This document shows positions 8,350 to 17,546 of a DNA stretch of 44,677 bases, one piece after another. Where the stretch lies: NCBI GenBank assembly GCA_029762535.1, contig JARVGK010000024.1, forward strand, positions 1 to 44,677, read 5' to 3'. The position numbers and the translations under genes are program-made. Numbering within the stretch: position 1 is the stretch's first letter; each line of letters opens with the position of its first letter. The notes under the pieces were generated by a model, which was given only the letters and a program-made list of their open reading frames with translations, was not told the origin of the DNA and made no database searches. The stretch comes from Thermoplasmatota archaeon (GTDB lineage Archaea; Thermoplasmatota; Penumbrarchaeia; Penumbrarchaeales; Penumbrarchaeaceae).

Positions 8350-8972
8350 CTCATCGGCCTCCCCGAGGCTATGACCGATGAACCAGCCCTCAGCCTGTCG
8401 CCCTCGGAAACGATCAAGCCGTAACCAGGAGGTAGGTCGAACTCGAGATCGACCCTGGACCCGAAGCGGATCATTCCTATCCTGCCCCCGCGCTCTACAT
8501 GATCTCCCGGTTCGAGATAGGGCACGATGCGCCTGGCGACCGTTCCTGCTATCTGGGTGACCTTCATCCTGCCGTGACGGGTCTCCAGGGCGAGGACCAC
8601 CCTCTCGTTCCTGTCCGAATCCTTCCTGAACGCGGGGATGAAACCGCCCGGTATGTGCGTTACGCTCGAGACCCTGCCCGCCTCTGGCGCTCTGTTCACG
8701 TGAACGTTGTGGACGTTCATGAAAATGTTCACCCTGCACCTTCTTCCCCTTTGAGTGGCCAGCACCACCCTGCCATCGGCCGGGGAGACGATCCCAACAC
8801 CAATCCGTCTGGGGGGATCCCTGAAGAAGGATAGGATCGCGAGGCTGAACATTATCCACAGCAGCGTGGGAACGGCCCAAAGGGTGCCTTTGGTGATCAT
8901 CCACAGCAATGCCGTTACCACAGCAGGTGCCGGCACCGCGATCATCCAGACGGGAGTTCCCTTCGCAAGCAG
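8346..8972 (-). CDS. psd: Phosphatidylserine/archaetidylserine decarboxylase proenzyme
   Basis: Motifs FFRDPPR, VSPADGRV, IFMNVHNVHVNRAP, NER, QIAG and the GMIRFGSRVD self-cleavage site. Start is either ATG 8945 or CTG 8972 (SD GGGGTGA). Confidence 0.9.
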   Translation of the reverse strand: MLAKGTPVWMIAVPAPAVVTALLWMITKGTLWAVPTLLWIMFSLAILSFFRDPPRRIGVGIVSPADGRVVLATQRGRRCRVNIFMNVHNVHVNRAPEAGRVSSVTHIPGGFIPAFRKDSDRNERVVLALETRHGRMKVTQIAGTVARRIVPYLEPGDHVERGGRIGMIRFGSRVDLEFDLPPGYGLIVSEGDRLRAGSSVIASGRPMR

Positions 8973-9032
8973 TCTTTCACCCCGTTACAACGCTGTCGGG
9001 GATGGGGCGGGGGCGATTTTAAACTATCCCCG

Positions 9033-12000
9033 TTACGGATCGTCCTCCGCTTCGGTCCGATGGACCCTCTCACCGATAACAACACCATTTCCGGTCCTTT
9101 TCCTGACGATGAGATAAACATATCCGAAGGATACGATCGATCCCAAAAGGATCGCCAGCGCCGCGATCCATATCGGCGCGGCGATCGTCTCCCGTTCGCC
9201 TCCGGACGTGCGGTACTCCGGCGTTTCGTATCCTTCTTCCACCGTGAAGGATATCCTGAGGACCTCCGAATAGATGCCTCTCCGGTCGCTGGACCTGACC
9301 TCGACGAAATGCTCCGGTCCGGGTTCCGACCCGGACGGGTCGAGGAGGTATTCCCAATCGGGAGCTGACCATGCGGTCATCCAGGGGCCCAAGCCCTTCC
9401 TCACCTCGACGACGTTGACGGTCCCGACCGGACCCGAACTGCCCTTCAAGAGGACAGGCCCTGTCAAATTATCAAGACTAACAGAACGGTCCCAGCTGAC
9501 CCAAAGCTCTTCCCGTTCGGGCTCGAGGACCGTCATCGTTCCCGTGTCCGGATCGCTCCATATCCCCGAAGTGTCCCTGACCCTGAACTCGATGACGTGG
9601 CTGCCGGCCGAGAGGTCATCCGCCTCGAAGGATGACCTCCTCGATAGCATCCCGTCGATGTTGGACCTCCATTCGTAAGCGATGATGCCTCTTTCGGGGC
9701 CGGGTATGCCGTATCCATCGAACCGGACCATGTCTCCCTGGACCGCTTCAGAAGGATCGATCGAGGATATGACCGCTGTGGGCATGTTCTCCTCGCGGAC
9801 GATCTGTATGCTGAGTATCGATTCGTTCTCGGACATGGTCCCGCCCGCGTCCATCACCTCGAGGCTAACCTCGTACTCGCCGGGGGAGGAATATGAATGT
9901 GCCACGGTTGGCATGCTCTGCCAGGTGGTCTCCGTCCCATCGCCTAGATCGAACCTGTATGAGAGTATGGAACCGGAAGGTGAATAAGATCCCTCCCCGG
10001 AGAATACCATGCTCTCTCCCACTACCCCTCTCTCCGGCCCGGTCAGTATCGCCATGGGAGGGCCTTCCGATCCCATTCTGAACGAGTCGTGAACAAGAGA
10101 GCCCGGCCTGGGGTAAGCTCCGGTGATAAATACGGACACCAGATCATCCGTTTCGAATGGCCTGTCCTCCTCGACAATGTCTATAGAGACCACCGTGGAG
10201 CTTCCAGGCGCTATTTTTTCGCCCGATACGGAGGACATAGCCTTCAAACCGTATCTCTCGACCAAGGCCAGGACCCAATATTCCCTGAGGGTGTGGTCCG
10301 AAGGGTTAGATATCTCCGCGGTCAGGGTCAATGTACCATCTGAAAAGGAGTGCTCAAGGATCTCTATATCGTAATCGATGGGCTCATCCGGTTCGAACAG
10401 GCGGATGTGGGACCCCTTCTCGACATCGGTCAGAGTTGACTCCCGGCCCATTGGCCACAGGACCTTCAGCTCTATGGATCCCTCGACATTTCCGAGGCCG
10501 ATGTGCTGGACCATGGCATCCTGCTGTCCGTGCGCTCCCGATCCGGCACTTATCTCGCGTATCATGGACCTGTCGATGGTCCCGTCACGGTCATCGTCGA
10601 TATCGACAGTCAGGCGTGCCCCTATGGCCGCGGAGTTGGACTCCCTGCCTATGAGGGTGACCTTGAGGAATGAATTCTCCGAGGTTGATGATCCCCCGTT
10701 GTTCCTGAAAAGGTGTATGGATGAATGGACCGTGCTCCCGGATTCCGGATCCCAGTTGCCCCCTCCGGTGACCAGGTCGATCCAGCCGTCGTTGTCGTAA
10801 TCGCACCATGCCGATCCGTAAGTGTTCCACACCTTCAGGCCGGTCTCGTCCGTAACGTCGGTGAAGCGGAACCCGCCGTCGTTCCGGTAGAGCTGCGAAT
10901 GGGCATAAGATATATCCCCGTATATCTGGGGCAGGAAAAGGTCGAGGTCGCCGTCGTTGTCGTAATCCGCCATGGCGCATGATACGAAGAGCTCGTCCCC
11001 GCCTCCTATGGCACCCGGGATGCTCTTTACAGGGATCCCGCTGCCTTCCCTCCTGTCGACAAAAGCCCACCCACCTTCCTCGCCCAGGTTCTCGAACAGG
11101 TAGGAGTCATCGCAGATCGGACCCCGCCAGGGGTCCTTGTGGGCGAGGTTGGTCACCCAGAGATCGAGGTCCCCGTCGTTGTCGAGGTCCCCCCAGCATG
11201 CCCCGACCGAGTGTCCGTAATAAGGCCCCTCGCGGGTTACTGGATGATGGCTCTCGTGACCATCGACGCCAAGCTCCGCGGCCGCCTCCTCCATCTCGCC
11301 GTAAACGTTCCTGTAGAGGTAATTGGGCATTATTCTGTAGTTCGACACGTACAGGTCGGGCCACATGTCGTTATCGAAATCCGCGAAGCTCGCCCCCCTG
11401 CCCTGGTAAGGGTGGCCTCCCTCCGACATCCCCGACATCACCGTCCAGTTGCTGAACGTACCGTCCCCGTTGTTGAGCCAGAAGTGGTCCCGATAACCCT
11501 GGTATGTACCGTTCTCGTAATTCACCATGTACAGGTCGACGTATCCGTCCCTGTCCACGTCGCTCCACGCCCCGGCGACGGTGGGGAACGTGTCGGAGAG
11601 GTTCCCCGCCTCGAACGTCACGTCCCTGAACGTCCCATCGCCCATGTTCCTCCAGAGTATGTCCGGGTGAGTGGGGTGGTCCGACGAACCGGACCCCCCT
11701 CCGCAGAAGATGTCCAGCCACCCGTCGTTGTCGTGATCCGCGAATACCCCGCTGTTGACCTGTCCTCCGATCCGAGCCCTCTGAGTAACGTCCGTGAAAG
11801 TATGATCGGGAGGACCGCTGTTCCTGAAGAGTAGCTTGCCGTCCACCAGCAGGTCCTGGTAGCCGTCGTTGTCGTAGTCACCCCAGGAAAAGAAGTTGCC
11901 CCTGTAACCGGAGAGGCCGGCCTCCAGGGAAACGTTGGTGAAGGTCACGGGGGAGGCCCTCGAGGGCGGCACGGGATCATACACGGCTGCCCCTATCAGG

Positions 12001-12068
12001 CATGAAAAGGCCGGGTACAGAAGCGTTAGCAGCAGCAGTCCCGACACGGCCCAGCTCGAAGCCTTCAT
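9033..12068 (-). CDS. CRTAC1/ASPIC-UnbV-family FG-GAP repeat protein with PKD domains and C-terminal TM anchor
   Basis: Repeated DYDNDGxxDL and LxRNxG-xxF-xDVT blades. UnbV segment SNSAAIGARL..ISAGSG..HIGLG..VLWP. PKD YRFDLGDG..HSYSSPGEYEVSLEV. TM followed by RKR. Confidence 0.88.
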   Translation of the reverse strand: MKASSWAVSGLLLLTLLYPAFSCLIGAAVYDPVPPSRASPVTFTNVSLEAGLSGYRGNFFSWGDYDNDGYQDLLVDGKLLFRNSGPPDHTFTDVTQRARIGGQVNSGVFADHDNDGWLDIFCGGGSGSSDHPTHPDILWRNMGDGTFRDVTFEAGNLSDTFPTVAGAWSDVDRDGYVDLYMVNYENGTYQGYRDHFWLNNGDGTFSNWTVMSGMSEGGHPYQGRGASFADFDNDMWPDLYVSNYRIMPNYLYRNVYGEMEEAAAELGVDGHESHHPVTREGPYYGHSVGACWGDLDNDGDLDLWVTNLAHKDPWRGPICDDSYLFENLGEEGGWAFVDRREGSGIPVKSIPGAIGGGDELFVSCAMADYDNDGDLDLFLPQIYGDISYAHSQLYRNDGGFRFTDVTDETGLKVWNTYGSAWCDYDNDGWIDLVTGGGNWDPESGSTVHSSIHLFRNNGGSSTSENSFLKVTLIGRESNSAAIGARLTVDIDDDRDGTIDRSMIREISAGSGAHGQQDAMVQHIGLGNVEGSIELKVLWPMGRESTLTDVEKGSHIRLFEPDEPIDYDIEILEHSFSDGTLTLTAEISNPSDHTLREYWVLALVERYGLKAMSSVSGEKIAPGSSTVVSIDIVEEDRPFETDDLVSVFITGAYPRPGSLVHDSFRMGSEGPPMAILTGPERGVVGESMVFSGEGSYSPSGSILSYRFDLGDGTETTWQSMPTVAHSYSSPGEYEVSLEVMDAGGTMSENESILSIQIVREENMPTAVISSIDPSEAVQGDMVRFDGYGIPGPERGIIAYEWRSNIDGMLSRRSSFEADDLSAGSHVIEFRVRDTSGIWSDPDTGTMTVLEPEREELWVSWDRSVSLDNLTGPVLLKGSSGPVGTVNVVEVRKGLGPWMTAWSAPDWEYLLDPSGSEPGPEHFVEVRSSDRRGIYSEVLRISFTVEEGYETPEYRTSGGERETIAAPIWIAALAILLGSIVSFGYVYLIVRKRTGNGVVIGERVHRTEAEDDP

Positions 12069-12124
12069 GTTGCGATCCCCGAAGCTAATGGATATCTGGA
12101 ATGATTAGTGTTTCCATCGGCAGC

Positions 12125-15100
12125 TCACTCGAGTATTGCCGGGTCCGCCGGCTCAATTTCGATCGGAGCGGGTATCACAGGATCCCCCATCTGGGGCGGT
12201 TCCAGCTCGGGCGGGTCCTCGATCGCTATCGTTGGGCCCTCCTCATCGGGCATCGGCAGGTTTGGCGGAGACCCTTCATCCTGGGACGGGTCCTCCGTCA
12301 CGGCCTCCAACTCCTCCCCGGAGGCGACCGGAGGGGCTTCGAATCCTGGGTCGATCGGCGACGGGAGCCTGCGGACCTTTCTCCTCATCACCAAAGATGA
12401 TACGATGACGGCGCAGAGAAGGAGGACCATAACGAATAGGAAAACATGGGATGTAATTAAACCCATTATGCCCTTAGGGCTCTCTTCTTCAACAAGGATG
12501 GTCCTTTCCTCGGACAGGGACATCTCCCCGTCATCGTCGATCACGACAAGACCGACCACATAGCGACCGGGCCGCTCGAAGAAGACGGTATGGTTCCTCT
12601 CCTTACCCTCGTGGACCGCGGCACCGTCGATCATCCATCTGAAGGTCAGGGAACGGTTGTCGGAGGGCGTGTCGCTGCTGAGATGGCCGATAAGATCCAC
12701 CCCCTGGCCGACCCTCACCCGTTCGGGGATCTGCCCGAGACGGGATACGGGGGGCAGGTTGATGATCTCCATGACATGAGTGGAGCTGCCGCTCGCCCCC
12801 TGATCGTCGATGGCGATCACCGAGATGACGTAGCTGCCCGACCCGGGGAAGCTGATGTTCAGATCGCGCCCGGTGATCTCCAAAGGATCGCCGTCGAGCG
12901 TCCACCGGACGGTCAGGATCGGATCGTCGGATGGGGTGTCGGCCCCCTCCATCAGGCTGAGGGGAACGACCTCGTCCTCGATCGCGGAGGCGGGGCCGGA
13001 TATTTTAGGGACAGGGACCGCGTTGACTATCACCACCGAACGCTCTATGATGTCCAGATCGCCGTCGTCATCGGTTACGATCAGCTTCACCGTATGCTTT
13101 CCAGGCTTGGAAAAGCTTACCGAAAAGACGATGCCGGTCCCGTCGATGCTCCCGTCGGCGCCCACGTCCCACTCGTATATGAGGGATGCCAAGTCCGAAG
13201 GAGTGTCCCTGCTCGCGGAAGCGTTCAGGATGATGATCTGGTCCTCGTAGGCGAAATCGGGCATGGTGAGATCGGCGATCGGAGGTGAATTGACGATCTC
13301 TATCTCATGGAAGGCCATGCTGCTGGCCTCATCGTCATCGATGACCTCGAGGGATATGTTGTGAACGCCGCTCTTTTCAAAGTGGACATAGAGGCTGTCG
13401 CTCTCTCCGATAACGCTCCATGTCCTGGTGTGCCTCCAGATGTATCTAAGGGTTGGAAGGTCAGAGGGGGAGTCGATCGCAGCGGACGTGAAGTGGACCT
13501 TCTCATCTTCCAGGGCCGTGTTCGGACCGGTGATGCGAATCCTCGGGATCTCGTTGAACACGAGTATCTCGGCCGAAGCATTGGACACTGCGCCTTTCGG
13601 ATCCCTCACGCTGACCGACAACGTGTGAGAGCCCGATCCGGGTATGGACAGGTTCAGAACTGGGGAGGGTCCCCAGTCCATGACGATCGAACCGTCGAGA
13701 ATGAACGAATACCGCAGGTCGAACAGGTCGGGGACGGTATCGCTGCTCTCGGAGGCGTCAACGGTGAAGACCTCGTCCTCCATTACCGCGGAAGGGGCCC
13801 TCAAGAAGGCCGACGGGGGCTTGTTGTGGACCATGATAGGGACGACAGCGGTGGTGTTGATGAGCCCGTCCCCGACCTTCAGATGCAGGGTCCTGGGCCC
13901 CTCATCGTACCATGTCATCTCCACGTAAGGCTCGGTGGAATCGGAATAATCCAGCCCGTCATCCTCATCGAGGTCCCAGGCGAAGCTGAGAACGTCCCCA
14001 TCAGGATCGTATGAGGAGGAGGCGTCGATGACCGCTTTGATCCCTTCGTATATCATATCGGGGTCTATATTGACGATAATCATCGGGGCCCTGTTCAGGA
14101 CCTTCATCTGCGACCTGGCCCTCAAAAGGCCTTTTTCGGCCTCGATGATGTGAACGCCCGGAGCCAGGTCCTTGAACATCACGATCCCGCTAGGACCGGT
14201 CCTCGACCCGGGGAGGCCGGGTATCGAGACGAGAACGTCCTCCATCGGCGTCAGGTTGCCGTCGGAGGGATCGAACATCCCAATTCGGAGGTCGTCGTGA
14301 ATTCCGTCCCCGTCATCGGCGACCATCTCGGCGACGATGCGCATCCTCTCCTTCGGATCCGCCCTCTCCCTGAGCATCTCGTCCCAGTACGTATCGGCCG
14401 TGAAGGTGAGATACCCTGTATGGCCGTCGTAGTCGGGGTTGTAGAACGAGCGGTGGGGGAAGTATATGGACATGCCCGTGGCGTAGGGATTCCTGCCTCC
14501 GGGGACGTGGTATTCGGCCAGTATCGTGCGGTTGTATGTCTCGAGAGCTGCCTTGGCGAGGACCGGTATGTCCCCGGGCAGGTCGGACAGGGATATCTTC
14601 AAGAGGAGGTCTCCAAGGTCGAGTTGGAAGGACGCGACCCCCTCGACCCCCTTCACTACTTTCTCTAGCTGAAGATCGTTCAGGGCCTGGATGTCGTACA
14701 TCCACCCCCATAGCTCCATGGAAAGCGCGTCCAGGTCATCGATCAGATCGCTGCCCATCAACGTTAGGTTGGACGCCGCGAAAGTGGAATATGGATAATA
14801 TTCGGGGTTGGAGTATTCCGATGCGAAGGATGAGACGATACTCGAGGCCAATTCCCCCGGATCGAGCGAGCCCTCCCCGCCCATTTCCGCCACGAAGGAG
14901 TAGTTCAATCCGTAGAAGGGCTGCTCGTCCTCTCCCGCCAATCCTATCAGGGCCCAATCGCTAACCTGATGCAACACCTCAACGGTCCCCATGGAACAGG
15001 CATCGAAAGTGATGATGTCGATCCCGAACGATCCCAGGGCCACCTCCGCTTCAGATAAGGCCATTCTCAGCCCTTTAAGGTTCATCATCCCTCCGTCAGT

Positions 15101-15631
15101 CACGTCCTGGGCGAATCCCCTGGTCGGGGCATCGGGCCCGGCCTGCATCGCCGTCCAACCCGAGCCGTGATCCCATATGACGAGCATCACATGTTCGGCA
15201 TCGCTCCTATTCATTGAATAGACCAGGAAATCCCTGAGCGCCCTCCAATCGGAGGAGCGTATCTCATCCGTCCAAGTGGAGTTGACCTCGCTCAGGGGTA
15301 TCCTGTCGGACCCCAGGCCCGGAGAAGGATGATTCTTTATATCGAACAGGACCGTGTTCCCGTCGCCTTTCATGTCAGATAGAACGAGCGCTCTCACACC
15401 AGATGAGGGGAAGACCGATTCCAGCTCCTCAAGGTCCATCCATGCGGCGTTCCCGTAGGTCCCGTTCTCCCCCAGGGTATTGTCGGCCGCCATGTATATC
15501 ATCAGGAGCCATCGGTCCTTTTCGCCAGCAGGCTCCTGTCCGGTGCGCTCCCCCTCCCCGCCATGGACGTGGATCACCATGATGAGCGAGATCAAAGCTA
15601 TGGCCACCAGTTGATGCGAACGCCTACTCAT
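12125..15631 (-). CDS. Membrane-anchored clostripain-family (C11) cysteine peptidase with about six PKD-like repeats
   Basis: WLLMIYMAADNTL, VIWDHGSGW (catalytic His), FDACSMG (catalytic Cys), GMSIYFP. Repeats of NxxP..SSDTPSD..W..GxHxVxLxVxDDDG, then a TM and an acidic/Pro-rich tail. Confidence 0.88.
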   Translation of the reverse strand: MSRRSHQLVAIALISLIMVIHVHGGEGERTGQEPAGEKDRWLLMIYMAADNTLGENGTYGNAAWMDLEELESVFPSSGVRALVLSDMKGDGNTVLFDIKNHPSPGLGSDRIPLSEVNSTWTDEIRSSDWRALRDFLVYSMNRSDAEHVMLVIWDHGSGWTAMQAGPDAPTRGFAQDVTDGGMMNLKGLRMALSEAEVALGSFGIDIITFDACSMGTVEVLHQVSDWALIGLAGEDEQPFYGLNYSFVAEMGGEGSLDPGELASSIVSSFASEYSNPEYYPYSTFAASNLTLMGSDLIDDLDALSMELWGWMYDIQALNDLQLEKVVKGVEGVASFQLDLGDLLLKISLSDLPGDIPVLAKAALETYNRTILAEYHVPGGRNPYATGMSIYFPHRSFYNPDYDGHTGYLTFTADTYWDEMLRERADPKERMRIVAEMVADDGDGIHDDLRIGMFDPSDGNLTPMEDVLVSIPGLPGSRTGPSGIVMFKDLAPGVHIIEAEKGLLRARSQMKVLNRAPMIIVNIDPDMIYEGIKAVIDASSSYDPDGDVLSFAWDLDEDDGLDYSDSTEPYVEMTWYDEGPRTLHLKVGDGLINTTAVVPIMVHNKPPSAFLRAPSAVMEDEVFTVDASESSDTVPDLFDLRYSFILDGSIVMDWGPSPVLNLSIPGSGSHTLSVSVRDPKGAVSNASAEILVFNEIPRIRITGPNTALEDEKVHFTSAAIDSPSDLPTLRYIWRHTRTWSVIGESDSLYVHFEKSGVHNISLEVIDDDEASSMAFHEIEIVNSPPIADLTMPDFAYEDQIIILNASASRDTPSDLASLIYEWDVGADGSIDGTGIVFSVSFSKPGKHTVKLIVTDDDGDLDIIERSVVIVNAVPVPKISGPASAIEDEVVPLSLMEGADTPSDDPILTVRWTLDGDPLEITGRDLNISFPGSGSYVISVIAIDDQGASGSSTHVMEIINLPPVSRLGQIPERVRVGQGVDLIGHLSSDTPSDNRSLTFRWMIDGAAVHEGKERNHTVFFERPGRYVVGLVVIDDDGEMSLSEERTILVEEESPKGIMGLITSHVFLFVMVLLLCAVIVSSLVMRRKVRRLPSPIDPGFEAPPVASGEELEAVTEDPSQDEGSPPNLPMPDEEGPTIAIEDPPELEPPQMGDPVIPAPIEIEPADPAILE

Positions 15632-15710
15632 GGGAACGGCACGAGTTTATCCGTTTATTAATTTGCTGGTTATCCGTGCAACGAGAGAACGAATCCGGAG
15701 CCAAGCGGTG

Positions 15711-16517
15711 TCAACCGTTCCCTTCATCGAACAGTATCGTGTAACTCCATCTGCCGTCATCCAGCTCCTTGATGGAGAGTGATCCGCCCATCCTCTTGCA
15801 GTATCCTATCGATATAGGCAGGGGAAGCGCCTTCCATTCCTGTGTTGAAAGTGAGGATACGTTGCCGGTCAAACCATCGACCAGGGAGAGCATTTCGGAT
15901 TCGGGGATCGGCTCGACATATGATGTGATGGCGACGATCGGCCGATCTCCATCCTTGTCTATACGTAGGGCGACCTGCTCGTCCGGGGCGGAGTTCGAGA
16001 GCGCGAAGGATATCAGATGCCTGATACATTTCCTGGAAAGGTTGCGGTCCGCCATGGCGCTTATAGGCAGCGGGGAACGGGACATCTCGAGCCTCAGCCT
16101 GGACGATTGCCTTGAGGATAGTCCTTTGATCACATCGGTTACTATCGAGTATAGGTCGTTATTCTCCAGGTAAGGCTCCGGAGGGAGGTTGGTTATCGCC
16201 CCTATGTCCTGGACATCGTCGATATATTCGGAAAGCTCGTCTATGCTGGATTCGATCGACCCTATCTTGTCGAGGAGATCGTCCTCAACGGCCCCGCAAG
16301 CACCGCTCTGGATCAACTCGGTGTATATCCTCATCACGGTGAGCGTGCTCCTGAGGCGGTGGGAGAAGTTGGAGATCATGCAAATGGCCCGATCCGTGTC
16401 CTCGAGCGAGCGCTGCAGACCTTCCATGACAGCGATCTTTTCTGCCCCTTCGATGCTATCGTCCATGTTATACTTGCTTTCAACGGTGTCTGTTGAATAT
16501 AATCCTTTCCGAGCCAT
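15711..16517 (-). CDS. Histidine-kinase-like protein (HisKA with H-box, degenerate HATPase domain, no sensor domain)
   Basis: H-box-like NFSHRLRSTLT. ADRNLSRKCIRHLISFALSNS aligns to the N-box, and LPLPISIGYCKRMGGSLSI aligns to the G2 box with its glycines lost. Confidence 0.72.
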   Translation of the reverse strand: MARKGLYSTDTVESKYNMDDSIEGAEKIAVMEGLQRSLEDTDRAICMISNFSHRLRSTLTVMRIYTELIQSGACGAVEDDLLDKIGSIESSIDELSEYIDDVQDIGAITNLPPEPYLENNDLYSIVTDVIKGLSSRQSSRLRLEMSRSPLPISAMADRNLSRKCIRHLISFALSNSAPDEQVALRIDKDGDRPIVAITSYVEPIPESEMLSLVDGLTGNVSSLSTQEWKALPLPISIGYCKRMGGSLSIKELDDGRWSYTILFDEGNG

Positions 16518-16779
16518 TGCGGAATATTATAATGTGATGCGGATGATCTTCCTCGGTCGGATCTGCCTGACTTTCATCATGTGTCCGCAACCATTATGAA
16601 CCCCCTGCTCCAATTTTTCCAACATGTACGGACCTATAGGCAGGGATGGTGCGCCCCATGGATGAGCAGAATGTGAACATATACGATGTCATAACCGCCG
16701 TTATATGCCGTACGGTAGGGCGAAGAAGCGTTCCCGATCGTGGCGATCAAGGACCTCCGGAGATCGGTGAATTCAGCAT

Positions 16780-17448
16780 CTACATCTGATCGATAACGTT
16801 GAAGAGGGCCTCACCTATGCCCTCTATTCCTGCCCTTACCTCGTCCCCTGCGTTCAAAGGCCCCACGCCCGAGGGGGTGCCGGTCATTATGATATCGCCC
16901 CTCTCCAGTGTCATTATCCTTGATACATAGCAGATGATATCCTCGACTGGGAAGACCATATCCGACGTGTTACCTTCCTGACGGACCATCGAGTTAACCA
17001 AGAGATATATCCTTCTGTCCCTCCAGTCGAACTCGTCCGGACCGACGATCCTCGACAGGTAAGGTGCGAAGGTGTCGTATCCCTTCGCCTGTGTCCATGG
17101 AAGGCCCTTTGACCTCGCATCGTCCTGAATATCCCTGGCCGTCAGATCGAGCATCAGCATATATCCCAGGACATGGCCGATAGCCGTTTCGGGCGTCAGG
17201 TCCCTGCATCTATCGGCCATCACGACGGCCAGCTCGACCTCGTGATGCAATCTCACAACCTCTGTGGGCTTGATAATACTCCCGCCCTCACGTAAAAGGG
17301 AGGAGGGAGGTTTAAGGAAGAAGTTAATCCTGTCCGGAACGGGATTGTTCAACTCACTGGCATGCGCCCGGTAATTCCTGAGCATGCATATGATCTTGGA
17401 GGGGGATAAGCTGATAGTATCCCCGCAGCGATCAAGGTCCATGTCCAT
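16780..17448 (-). CDS. Fumarylacetoacetate hydrolase family protein
   Basis: KIIC..RNYRAHA, FFLKPPSS, HHEVELAVV, DLTARDIQ, KGYDTF, TLERGDIIMTGTPSGVG. Confidence 0.93.
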   Translation of the reverse strand: MDMDLDRCGDTISLSPSKIICMLRNYRAHASELNNPVPDRINFFLKPPSSLLREGGSIIKPTEVVRLHHEVELAVVMADRCRDLTPETAIGHVLGYMLMLDLTARDIQDDARSKGLPWTQAKGYDTFAPYLSRIVGPDEFDWRDRRIYLLVNSMVRQEGNTSDMVFPVEDIICYVSRIMTLERGDIIMTGTPSGVGPLNAGDEVRAGIEGIGEALFNVIDQM

Positions 17449-17546
17449 TTTCCCACCTTTACAACATCATGACCGCCGGGTTAATTAAGTGATTGTATCC
17501 GAACATCGGTCGCAAGTTAAATCATCAAATAAGATGATACTCCAGC

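Noticed and set aside
7364-8904. Long N-terminal extensions of track ORFs 6980..7711 and 7360..8904, suggesting fusions
   Set aside because: The extensions overlap pssA and psd in other frames; stop/start overlaps (TTGA, ATGA) define shorter true genes
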